The translations under genes were made by a program, and so were the position numbers. From Patescibacteria group bacterium (GTDB lineage: Bacteria; Patescibacteriota; WWE3; UBA101185; UBA10185), in NCBI GenBank assembly GCA_049322215.1, contig JBMORU010000001.1, positions 708,023 to 772,022 of the forward strand: a DNA stretch of 64,000 bases, read 5' to 3'. How positions within the stretch are numbered: the first letter of the stretch is position 1; every line of letters starts with the position of its first letter. Shown here in pieces: positions 37,385 to 46,186 of the stretch. Under the pieces are notes generated by a model. That model saw only the letters and a list, made by a program, of their open reading frames with translations, was not told where the DNA came from and ran no database searches.

Positions 37385-39655
37385 ATGCAATTGAAGAGTA
37401 TTTTTAAAAACAGCTATTTTAAATACGATGTCCTAGTTGTGTTACTAGTCTTTGGCAGTGTTTGGTACTTGTTCACAAATTATCTTCTGCTGTTGGCTTT
37501 TTTTATTTTGTTAGTTTTACTGGGTATTTTTTTCTTATTCTATCGTCAAAGTCGATTTAAGCTAAAACTATCTTTGTTTAGTATTTTGCTTGTGGGTTTG
37601 GTAGTAATTACTTTATTTGTTAACTTCTATACTTTTTACTTTTATGTATACCTGTTTAAGACTTCTTACACTTTAAATACTTTTTTTGAAATAAATCAAA
37701 ACTTATTTATTTTACTAGTTAAGTATTTAGTATTGTTTGCTACTTATTCATATACTTCCTACACGTTGGGAGATTCTGTTTTAAAAAAATTATATCGCAA
37801 AAAAGCCAACCTGTTTCATTATTATGAAGAGGTTTTTGTTTCAGTTGTTTTGGGTTTAAGTATTCACGTATTATTTTTGTTCGGGTTAGGTTCATTTGGT
37901 TTAATTTCGGGCATTTCTTTACTTACTTATGCGGGGTTGTTGCTAGCAGCTTTTCATAAAAGAATGCTTAATGATGCTCAAGTTTTATACAAAATCTTTT
38001 TTATCAAAAAGTTATATTTTGGTGCTTCGTCTTTCATCGAATCATTTGTTCAGATTTTATTTTTTGTGTTTTTTTGTTCAACAGGGGCCGTAACTTTTAG
38101 ATCATTCACGTTTGGTCCTGATGCCTGGCGGGCATATTTACTAAATATAAAAGAACTCGCCACAACCGGGTCATTACTTGCTACTGCTAATATTGTATCG
38201 TCACCTTACCCAGTTGAGCTATTGTTTGCACCCGCTTTTTTGTTAGGTGGTATACCATTAACTATTAGTCTCGTTTATACATTTTCTCTTTTGTTTTTGA
38301 TTGGTTTTGCACTATGCTTTCGTACTTCAGCAAAAGAAAAATCTTTTTTACCTTTAGTTTTATTGCTTGCCTCTACTCCTTTAATTATTAACTTTTTGGC
38401 CATACAGTTTAAAACTGATTTATTCTTGTTATTAGTTGCAAGTGTTGTTTTACTTTTAACCTTAAAATACTTAAAAACCCTAAATTTTGAACTTGCCGTT
38501 CTTATTTTTTACTTTATGGGATTTGCATTGCTAATCAAAGCTACCTCGTTGTTTTTTGTGTGCCCAGTTAGTTTGGTGTTATTATTTTTGTATTTTAAAC
38601 ATTCTAAACTGCCAAAACTACGCATAATCAAACAACTACTGGCTTTTTGTTTGGCTTCTTTAGTATCCCTTATTCTATGGATTTTTTTATATAAGGTTAA
38701 TTTAAAATATATAGGAGATATTGGTATGGGTTTAATTCCGCTTAATGTTATAGCTACAGATACAAAAAAGTTGGGGCAAGCAGGGGAATGTTCACTTTAT
38801 GACTATGAAATGGATACGCTTTATCAATTTAATCACACTTTTACTAGTTACAAAGAAATTCCAACATATATTTTAAATGGTACCGATGCAGGCCCTTTTT
38901 TTGATTTGTCCGAGTACGGGGTACCTGTTTTTTTTCTCTTGCTTTTTAGCCTAATATTTTTTAGGAAAATGCTTATTGAGCATGGTAAAGGCAGATTGAA
39001 TTTACTTTTTGGTAGCGTTCTTTTAGGTTATATAGGCTTTTTGTTGGTTGTGCCTATTTATGGTTGGTATGGATTGCCCGTGTTGTTTATACTACTCACA
39101 CTTATTACCCAGAGAATACTAGAGCTTTCTGAAAAGCATACTCTAACTTTCAAATACTTTTTATACTTTTTCTCGTCTTTATATATGACAGCTGCCTTTG
39201 GCTTTATTTATCCTGAGCATTATTTTCCTCTACAAAAAACCGTTGCGAAAGATTACTTAAATTTTGCTAGTAAAAATTCTCCTGGGGCAGATGTAGGATA
39301 TATTCACTATAAAGATGCTACTGATTTAGCCGAATTTTTGAATGAAAACAGTTTTTCAACTGATAAGTTTTTATTTACTTACTCTGTTACCTTTATCAAC
39401 TTTAACTACTATATTGATAACTATTTTGAAAAGGCAATATTTTTAGAACCAACGGTAGCTATGCCAAGTCAAAATGATTTTTTAAATTATATTCGCACAA
39501 CAAATATCAAATATTTTGTATATAACAAACTTATAGACAATATAGAACTAACTTGCTCAAAAAATTCTGCAATACAGTACCATAATTATTTTTCCGAATT
39601 TGGTGAGCTAGTTTACAAAAACAGTACTTATGAAGTTTATAAAAAGATAAACTAA
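37385..39655 (+). CDS. large polytopic membrane protein (GT-C-like)
   Basis: Many TMs, PDAWRAY loop; start chosen downstream of TATAAT. Confidence 0.65.
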   Translation: MQLKSIFKNSYFKYDVLVVLLVFGSVWYLFTNYLLLLAFFILLVLLGIFFLFYRQSRFKLKLSLFSILLVGLVVITLFVNFYTFYFYVYLFKTSYTLNTFFEINQNLFILLVKYLVLFATYSYTSYTLGDSVLKKLYRKKANLFHYYEEVFVSVVLGLSIHVLFLFGLGSFGLISGISLLTYAGLLLAAFHKRMLNDAQVLYKIFFIKKLYFGASSFIESFVQILFFVFFCSTGAVTFRSFTFGPDAWRAYLLNIKELATTGSLLATANIVSSPYPVELLFAPAFLLGGIPLTISLVYTFSLLFLIGFALCFRTSAKEKSFLPLVLLLASTPLIINFLAIQFKTDLFLLLVASVVLLLTLKYLKTLNFELAVLIFYFMGFALLIKATSLFFVCPVSLVLLFLYFKHSKLPKLRIIKQLLAFCLASLVSLILWIFLYKVNLKYIGDIGMGLIPLNVIATDTKKLGQAGECSLYDYEMDTLYQFNHTFTSYKEIPTYILNGTDAGPFFDLSEYGVPVFFLLLFSLIFFRKMLIEHGKGRLNLLFGSVLLGYIGFLLVVPIYGWYGLPVLFILLTLITQRILELSEKHTLTFKYFLYFFSSLYMTAAFGFIYPEHYFPLQKTVAKDYLNFASKNSPGADVGYIHYKDATDLAEFLNENSFSTDKFLFTYSVTFINFNYYIDNYFEKAIFLEPTVAMPSQNDFLNYIRTTNIKYFVYNKLIDNIELTCSKNSAIQYHNYFSEFGELVYKNSTYEVYKKIN

Positions 39656-39858
39656 TAACTCCTCTAAATTTCTATATAAGAAGTAATACGTAACTTATGT
39701 TTGATATAAAAAAGCCTATGTAGGTTACTTTGGTTCTAGTTATATACCATAAAACAGGATATGTCGCGCCAAAAACTATAGGTTGACTAAATATGATGGG
39801 TGATCTAAAATTATTATCAAAATTTGGCAAATCTGGTGTAAAGGAGAACAAAATTCTA

Positions 39859-40281
39859 ATGACAAAAAAGCCAATTAGCAGGACAGCACACTTATATTCA
39901 TTCATGTGGGTATTATTTATGCTGGCCTATGTTTTGTATCAAATCTTTAATTGGGGTTTAGAGCGTCCGTTTTTTAACGCCCTGATTAATCTGGCTGTTA
40001 CTATTATCGCAATACTAGTGACCGCTGTTACTGGTCTTGGAGATGGGGAAACTGTGCAGAGGCTTCTCTTATCTATAGATGAAAGCTTCGTGCTTCCGCG
40101 CCTTATAGCTCATAGCATTGTTGGTGTAGCGTCTAACGTTTCTATACTCAGCCTTGTATTATGGGTAATTTACGGTGCAATACAAAAAGTATTGGGAACT
40201 ACCACAGCTTTGTTTATTGGGGGTCTTGTAGGAACCCTAGTTGTTCTTGCAATAATTATTTTCAGCGCTAGGAAAAATTAA
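39859..40281 (+). CDS. hypothetical membrane protein (cassette)
   Basis: AAGGAGA SD; CTATAGG-TTGACT-17-TAAAAT promoter. Confidence 0.7.
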   Translation: MTKKPISRTAHLYSFMWVLFMLAYVLYQIFNWGLERPFFNALINLAVTIIAILVTAVTGLGDGETVQRLLLSIDESFVLPRLIAHSIVGVASNVSILSLVLWVIYGAIQKVLGTTTALFIGGLVGTLVVLAIIIFSARKN

Positions 40282-40303
40282 CTACATTTTTTAGAATAGC
40301 TGT

Positions 40304-40348
40304 GCCAGGATAACATAATTGAATTTGTGTTACTCCTGGCTTTTTTTT
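40304..40348 (+). terminator. intrinsic terminator
   Basis: GCCAGGATAACATAA / TTGTGTTACTCCTGGC followed by T8. Confidence 0.8.
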
Positions 40349-40489
40349 CTTTCGCGTAAATACTTCGACTAAAATATAGTTTAGCTTATTGGAAATATGC
40401 ATTTTCTGCATTAAACTCTTGTTTTATCATATAGCCTATAGTATAATATAAATACTTTGTAAATAACCAAGATAATAAGGAGAAACGAA

Positions 40490-40966
40490 ATGAAGAAAAA
40501 CAAAGTTTATTTCAAGTTAGGTCCTGCATTTGGTGATGTAATTATCGTTCAAGCGCTATGGAAACCTAAATTTGATGGAGAACACTGCCCAGTTTGTGGT
40601 CAAAAACCTACAATTGGTGGTGGCCGGGTTACATCGTCATGTGAACATTTAGCAACTCGTTCAGGCTTTCCCGCGTCATTACGTGATAGAAAGCTGGTAT
40701 TGGCTAAATCGCGTACATGGAATGGAACCCAAGAAAAACCAATGTCTTGGCATAATGGTTGGCCTGTGTCCCGAATTACCTTGCTCGAAAACGGATGGAT
40801 GGTACGCCATTTGGATAAGCCTACGTTTGAGCAAGATATGCGGCGTAAAATTTATGCTGCAAATGGGCCGGCGCTTCGCAAAACAAACGGTTTTAGTGTT
40901 GCGAAGGACTCAGCTTTATGTAAAGAACTGGGAATAAAAACCGGTTGGAACTTACTAGAAGAATAG
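40490..40966 (+). CDS. basic hypothetical protein with CPVC...CEH zinc site (cassette)
   Basis: AAGGAGA SD; CCTATAG abutting TATAAT. Confidence 0.75.
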   Translation: MKKNKVYFKLGPAFGDVIIVQALWKPKFDGEHCPVCGQKPTIGGGRVTSSCEHLATRSGFPASLRDRKLVLAKSRTWNGTQEKPMSWHNGWPVSRITLLENGWMVRHLDKPTFEQDMRRKIYAANGPALRKTNGFSVAKDSALCKELGIKTGWNLLEE

Positions 40967-41240
40967 TATGTACAAATTTGACTTAGGCTGTTAAGCGCCC
41001 ATCCTCGCAGTAACTAAATAAGTTAGCTGTGTGCAAGGATTTAAAACAAAACCTAAAAATACTTAGGTAAGACTTAACTAAACCAAAGGGGTAAGAACTA
41101 GACTTTTGGCAAGAGGATAACCTCTACTAAGCTCAGGTACGGCGAGCGTTCTTGAAAACAGGCGGTACGTAACCACCGGAGAACCTGTTTTGACGGAAAT
41201 AACCAAGGAAAGAGTTACACAGAAATCATTTTCTTTCAAA
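40967..41240 (+). ncRNA. candidate structured non-coding RNA / long 3' trailer
   Basis: About 270 nt without a long ORF, several hairpins, inside the cassette before its terminator. Confidence 0.4.
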
Positions 41241-41289
41241 GCCATTTAGCAGCACTTTATTATTATTGCTGTTGAATGGCTTTTTTTTT
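41241..41289 (+). terminator. intrinsic terminator
   Basis: GCCATTTAGCAGCA / TGCTGTTGAATGGC followed by T9. Confidence 0.8.
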
Positions 41290-41334
41290 ACATCATATAT
41301 TGCTCAAGATTTACGAAAGATATAAAATGTTGTT

Positions 41335-41844
41335 ATAGAAAAGATTACCGAAATCACAATAAGAAGGTCTGATAAAGCACTAATAATCGAAACCTTATAC
41401 CTTTTTGTGCCTTTTCTAGCTGGTTTAATAGCATTTCTTTTATCTTACATTGTAATATTCAATAGGTTTATTTCCTTTAAAACTTTTTTTGGTTTAAATA
41501 TACTGTTATTGATTCTTTTTTCAGTGATATTGCTTTTTAACTTTTTAAGCATAAAAAGAGTTTGGAATACCAAAAAATACATTGTTACTCAAGACAACAT
41601 AATAATAAGAGATAGTGTTGTTGGTGCTCAATACAGATCACATAATCTAAAAGGTGTAACAAATATAAAGTTAAACCAGTCTCCTTTTGGTGAAAAGTTT
41701 GATTACGGAACTCTCACTATTTATTTTATGGGTGGAAGTTTTATAACTCTTACACATATATCTAGCCCAGTTGAACACTTAGATAATATAAACGCACTAA
41801 TTAATAAAGGATTTATAGAAACTGAAACTACATTTAATGCTTAA
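41335..41844 (+). CDS. membrane protein with bacterial PH domain (start possibly ATA 41335)
   Basis: Two TMs then YIVT...QSPFGEKFDYGTLTI. Confidence 0.75.
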   Translation: MEKITEITIRRSDKALIIETLYLFVPFLAGLIAFLLSYIVIFNRFISFKTFFGLNILLLILFSVILLFNFLSIKRVWNTKKYIVTQDNIIIRDSVVGAQYRSHNLKGVTNIKLNQSPFGEKFDYGTLTIYFMGGSFITLTHISSPVEHLDNINALINKGFIETETTFNA

Positions 41845-41942
41845 ATAAACTCGCAACCTATACTATAGGGTAAGTTATATGTTATAATTCATATAATTTT
41901 AAATAGGTATTCATGTAGCTATGCATACTCAAGGAGATAAAG

Positions 41943-42347
41943 ATGAAAAAGCATGGTGTGGTCTTGAATCCGATTGTGCTTACCTTTATTGCGTTAGTAC
42001 TTCAGTGGGTATTTGTGAAACTATTCCAAATTGGTGCAAATATCCCTGCTCTAAAAACCTTTATTGGGCAGCACCTAATGACTATCGGGGTTGTTGGACT
42101 TGTATTACCTGTATTTAGCATGTTTTATGCATCCCTAAAGTTGGGGAAAACAAATACACAGAAAACAATTTTGTTCGCACTTCAGACTGTAGTTTGTTTG
42201 ATCTTGTTTTTGGTTTTCTCTATTTTGGGAGTTACTGACCTAAGTGACTTAATTGGCTTTGCTATTGTTGTAATTGTGTCCGGTACCGCTATAGCCTTTT
42301 TAACGTCACTTGGAGTGTATATCTTGGACGAGTTACTAACTCTGTAA
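41943..42347 (+). CDS. hypothetical membrane protein (cassette)
   Basis: AAGGAGA SD, four TMs. Confidence 0.7.
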   Translation: MKKHGVVLNPIVLTFIALVLQWVFVKLFQIGANIPALKTFIGQHLMTIGVVGLVLPVFSMFYASLKLGKTNTQKTILFALQTVVCLILFLVFSILGVTDLSDLIGFAIVVIVSGTAIAFLTSLGVYILDELLTL

Positions 42348-42363
42348 ATAGATACCCCTCAAA

Positions 42364-42414
42364 GAAGAAGTTGTTACATTCATAAAAAAGTAACAACTTC
42401 TTCAACCTTTTTTT
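42364..42414 (+). terminator. intrinsic terminator
   Basis: GAAGAAGTTGTTAC / GTAACAACTTCTTC perfect stem and T-tract. Confidence 0.75.
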
Positions 42415-42513
42415 GCTTTTTGTTGCTAACTTTTCATAAAGTATAATTTAATAGGTTTTTCTTAAGAAAACTGTTATATATGTATCACAATACTTGAGAA
42501 CAAGGAGAAAGCT

Positions 42514-42846
42514 ATGTTAATTGAAGAATTGGCCTACAGATGCCCTTACTGTGACAAAATTTTTTGGGGAAGACATGCGAAAAAACAAGGGGAGTCGCAT
42601 ATTGATAAACTGGGTCCTCCGGTTTACGCTTATTCAGTTGGGTTTGCGTTTATGGCAGAGCTAGGAATGCAAGGAATTCCAGTAAAAGTGCAAATCTTTG
42701 AACTAGGTAGTGACGAAAACCATTGCCCAATTTATAGACTAAAACGAGCTGATACTGGTGAGTCTTTGCGCGGTTGGCATGGTGAACACCTAATTCGTGT
42801 TGAACTGGCAAGTATACATAATCGCAAACAAGTTTTAGCAGGCTAG
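42514..42846 (+). CDS. small protein with CPYC..H zinc-finger-like motif (cassette)
   Basis: AAGGAGA SD; hairpin at 42858-42897. Confidence 0.7.
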   Translation: MLIEELAYRCPYCDKIFWGRHAKKQGESHIDKLGPPVYAYSVGFAFMAELGMQGIPVKVQIFELGSDENHCPIYRLKRADTGESLRGWHGEHLIRVELASIHNRKQVLAG

Positions 42847-42957
42847 CGCATAATATTTACTAAGGCATCTTGAACACAGCTTCAATTTGCCTTAGTACAC
42901 CTTCTTATAGTAAAGTTTCTGAAATTCTATAGGGGAATATTGTAATCGTTGGCATTG

Positions 42958-43005
42958 AAAAATAAAGCCATAGGTAATGAATGTTTTATATTCAATACCC
43001 ATGGC
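42958..43005 (-). terminator. terminator of 43016..43453
   Basis: GCCATAGGTAATGAAT / ATTCAATACCCATGGC with A-tract on plus strand. Confidence 0.7.
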
Positions 43006-43015
43006 CAATAAAGCG

Positions 43016-43453
43016 TTAAAGATATTTGCGTAAGTCCCACCAGGGTAGACTTGCTTTCCAGGCAGAAACCTTTCGGGCTGTTTCTTCAGCTATAGTCTTT
43101 GCCACCTTTTTCGCGCCACGCTCGAAATTGCCGTACATGGTTTGGTTGGTTGCAAAGCGCACGAAGAAGAACGCGACCGCGGTTCCATCTGGCGCATAAA
43201 TTCTTGTTTCGTCTCCTTTTGTGTGTTTACGCCATCCCTCTGGTTCATGCAACACCAGGTTATTTCCCAACACCTTGACGTTAAATCCTAGTGCTTCAAA
43301 AAAAGCCTCTGGTGTTAGCCCGTCTGGGATGTTTTCTTGTGACATCTTTCGTGGAACTCTCCAAGGATATTGAAGGGCATATTCTTTTCCTGAGTCTAGT
43401 TCCATTCGGTGCATGAAGTTTCTGACCTCAACCATTTCGTATGTTGGTTTCAT
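43016..43453 (-). CDS. hypothetical protein (cassette)
   Basis: AAAGGAGA SD; TTTACA-..CTATAGGG-TATAAT promoter. Confidence 0.72.
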   Translation of the reverse strand: MKPTYEMVEVRNFMHRMELDSGKEYALQYPWRVPRKMSQENIPDGLTPEAFFEALGFNVKVLGNNLVLHEPEGWRKHTKGDETRIYAPDGTAVAFFFVRFATNQTMYGNFERGAKKVAKTIAEETARKVSAWKASLPWWDLRKYL

Positions 43454-43550
43454 TTAAAAATCTCCTTTAGGTAGTTATTCCTATATTATACCCTATAGTT
43501 ATGTTGATGTAAATTTTAAGCAATAGCCTTTACTATGATAATATCTATGT

Positions 43551-44438
43551 ATGGAAGGCATTACCCCCATTGAAGCGTTATATGACTATGATGAAGAAGA
43601 TGACTATGAGGATGAATCTAATGTAACACAACAGCTGATAGAGGCTATAGATAACCTATATGGTAAAGAAACTCCAAACCGTGAACAAAAAATAGCGCTA
43701 ATTCAGCAAATTTCTGAAAATTTAGTTGAAGAAATGGATGCTTACTTACAGGCTGAAGAGATTAATTCTCGCATTTATGCAGAATTTCATGGAAACTTAC
43801 CTAGAGAATTTTTAGAAGGTGCACACTTACGAGGAGAACTGTTTGAAAGACTAGCTTCCGCAGAATATGTATCAGACCCCCCGGAAATAGGGGAGGAAAT
43901 TTTATCTTTAATGCGAAATCCCGATAGATTTAATTTTTTAGAAGAATTAGGTTATGTGAGAAATCCAGATTTGGCTGTTGTTGAATTAAATGCCGAAGGA
44001 AACTTAACAATTTTGCAGGCAGGTGATGCAAAACTTGGTACTTTCAATTATAGAATGTATAGGCAATTTAAAGATTCAGGGTTTAAAGCAGGTATGGAAA
44101 CCATGGCTGAAGCCATTAATTCTACTAGCAACTTGGCAGAACATGGTCTTGAATCGCTTCAAGTTGCAAAAGATATAGGAAGTAAAATTGAAATTTCCCC
44201 CGACTACTCCCAATATGTTATTGTTCCGTATGATAGAGACGTTGATAACCCTGAAAGCTTAATAAAAAAATCGGATTTTAGAAACCCTGCTGAATACGAA
44301 GATTTCAAAAAGATGCTTGAAAACGAGGATATTACGGTAGTGCCCTCAATTTTTACTACACAAGAGGTATATGAAATGTCTAAAGTACTTGAAGATCTTA
44401 TCGATAGACGTAGATTTCCTGATGAATACGAAGATTAA
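43551..44438 (+). CDS. acidic hypothetical protein, possible PD-(D/E)xK-like motif
   Basis: NPDLAVV...GDAKLG. Confidence 0.6.
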   Translation: MEGITPIEALYDYDEEDDYEDESNVTQQLIEAIDNLYGKETPNREQKIALIQQISENLVEEMDAYLQAEEINSRIYAEFHGNLPREFLEGAHLRGELFERLASAEYVSDPPEIGEEILSLMRNPDRFNFLEELGYVRNPDLAVVELNAEGNLTILQAGDAKLGTFNYRMYRQFKDSGFKAGMETMAEAINSTSNLAEHGLESLQVAKDIGSKIEISPDYSQYVIVPYDRDVDNPESLIKKSDFRNPAEYEDFKKMLENEDITVVPSIFTTQEVYEMSKVLEDLIDRRRFPDEYED

Positions 44439-44446
44439 CCACTTAT

Positions 44447-44983
44447 TTACTCAATAAGTAAATTTAAGTTGTTAATGCTGTATGCCCCATTATTTCTCAA
44501 AGTTTCCTCAACATTTAATATATCTGTGTCTTCTTTTAGGTAAACGTATAGTAAGTAATTACCTTTTTCTACTTCTTCTTCATACTTTCTAGCTATGTTT
44601 TCATCTATCCCTAGCTCTTTGAGTCCAGTAACTAGTCCCCCAGCAATTGCTCCTGTTATAGCTCCTGCAGCTGTAGTGCCTATTATTCCTGTAATACCAA
44701 GTGCAACAGCTAATGGCCCTGTAACAAATAAAGCCCCAATTCCTGGAACGGTAAGTGTACCCACACCCGCTATTAATCCCAGGATTCCGCCTAATAAGCC
44801 TCCGGTTTTAGCCCCATTTCTTATGCCTGCCTCGGTGTTATTATCTACTCTAATTTTATCTATAGAACTTTCTTTAGTAATAATTGTAATATCACCTTCT
44901 GTATATCCTTGATCAGCTAGTTCATTTAGGGAGTTATCTAAATCAATTACGTTGTCATATACACCAAAGACTGTATTTTCCAT
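44447..44983 (-). CDS. general stress protein 17M-like membrane protein
   Basis: VFGVYD, Gly/Ala-rich hairpin, YEEEVEKG. Confidence 0.8.
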   Translation of the reverse strand: MENTVFGVYDNVIDLDNSLNELADQGYTEGDITIITKESSIDKIRVDNNTEAGIRNGAKTGGLLGGILGLIAGVGTLTVPGIGALFVTGPLAVALGITGIIGTTAAGAITGAIAGGLVTGLKELGIDENIARKYEEEVEKGNYLLYVYLKEDTDILNVEETLRNNGAYSINNLNLLIE

Positions 44984-45096
44984 ATTCTCTCCTATAAATT
45001 TATAACCTACTTACTTTTATATAATTTTTGTATTAAGCGAATACGAAAAGTTTGTAAGAAACTAAAGAGTATCAATTAAGCACAAATCGTTGACAC

Positions 45097-45115
45097 TACA
45101 CCCCAGTAGGGTGTA
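45097..45115. promoter_or_regulatory. CsoR/RcnR-type operator overlapping promoter
   Basis: TACACCC-CAGTA-GGGTGTA inverted repeat just after TTGACA. Confidence 0.75.
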
Positions 45116-45125
45116 TACACTTATA

Positions 45126-45371
45126 ATGGAAAATAAAACTACTGAACAATTACTAAACAATGTAATAGGTCAGCTAAATGGCGTGAAAAAAATGATGGGT
45201 GAAGAAAAGGATTGTGTTGCAGTTCTTTCTCAAATGAAAGCAGCCAAATCTGCTATTGCATCAATTATGGATAAATATGTTCAAGAAAATGCCACATCTT
45301 GTTTAGAAGACGTGGGATCTGAAAACAAAGTAACGTTATTAAAATTAATTAAGGAGTTATCTAAAAGATAA
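45126..45371 (+). CDS. CsoR/RcnR family metal/sulfur-sensing repressor
   Basis: GQLNGVKKM...C..VLSQ..A...A...C. Confidence 0.85.
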   Translation: MENKTTEQLLNNVIGQLNGVKKMMGEEKDCVAVLSQMKAAKSAIASIMDKYVQENATSCLEDVGSENKVTLLKLIKELSKR

Positions 45372-45378
45372 AAAATAT

Positions 45379-45627
45379 ATGAGTGAAAAAATTAATAAAA
45401 AAGTAAAAGTATTTTCTACACCTACATGTCCATGGTGTAATGTAACTAAAGAGTTTTTAACCGCTAACAACGTGGAGTTTGAAGATGTTAATGTAGCTAG
45501 CGATAATGCAGCTGCTCAACAAATGGTAATGAAATCAGGACAAATGGGAGTGCCTCAAATTTGGATTGATGATGCCGTTATTGTTGGTTTTAACAAGCAT
45601 GCTCTTGAAGAATTACTAGAACTTTAG
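45379..45627 (+). CDS. glutaredoxin-like protein (NrdH/YruB type)
   Basis: TCPWC, GQMGVP, VGFN. Confidence 0.9.
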   Translation: MSEKINKKVKVFSTPTCPWCNVTKEFLTANNVEFEDVNVASDNAAAQQMVMKSGQMGVPQIWIDDAVIVGFNKHALEELLEL

Positions 45628-45671
45628 TTTTTACTTAAGTTTTTTTTACTTTGTTTTGGTATTATAAAAAA

Positions 45672-46184
45672 ATGAGTACGAAACAAAGACCAAATTGGGA
45701 CATTTTCTGGTTCGCTCAAGCGCTAATATATTCCACACGTGGAACTTGTGATCGCCTAAGAACTGGATGCGTCATTGTTAAAAACAAACGCATAGTTGGT
45801 GCAGGATACAACGGGTCGGTTTCTGGATTACCTCATTGTGACGATGTGGGTCATCACATAATTGAAGGTCATTGTGAAAGAACATTACACGGAGAAGAAA
45901 ATGCAGTACTCAATACAGCCAGAAATGATTTAAAAGAAGCAACTGCGTATGTTATTGCCACACCTTGCTATAGATGTGCAAAAATTTTGGTAAATGCGGG
46001 TGTTAGCGAAGTAAAATATTTAGGATCCTATTCTAACTCACGAGGTAAAGACTGGCTCGAAAGTTTATCTAAAGATTGCGGTGTTCCTTTTACACACTTT
46101 GATTCTAGTCCATTAGAAATACTAAATATCCATGTTGAACGTTTGAAGTCAAAGGGCGGTGCCCTTTATGCCAATAAAAAGTAA
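45672..46184 (+). CDS. dCMP deaminase (ComEB family)
   Basis: GYNG, HGEENA, PCYRC. Confidence 0.9.
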   Translation: MSTKQRPNWDIFWFAQALIYSTRGTCDRLRTGCVIVKNKRIVGAGYNGSVSGLPHCDDVGHHIIEGHCERTLHGEENAVLNTARNDLKEATAYVIATPCYRCAKILVNAGVSEVKYLGSYSNSRGKDWLESLSKDCGVPFTHFDSSPLEILNIHVERLKSKGGALYANKK

Positions 46185-46186
46185 GC

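Noticed and set aside
40967-41240. RNase P RNA or tmRNA
   Set aside because: Lacks the GAGGAAAGTCC core and tRNA-like GGGG...ACCA ends.
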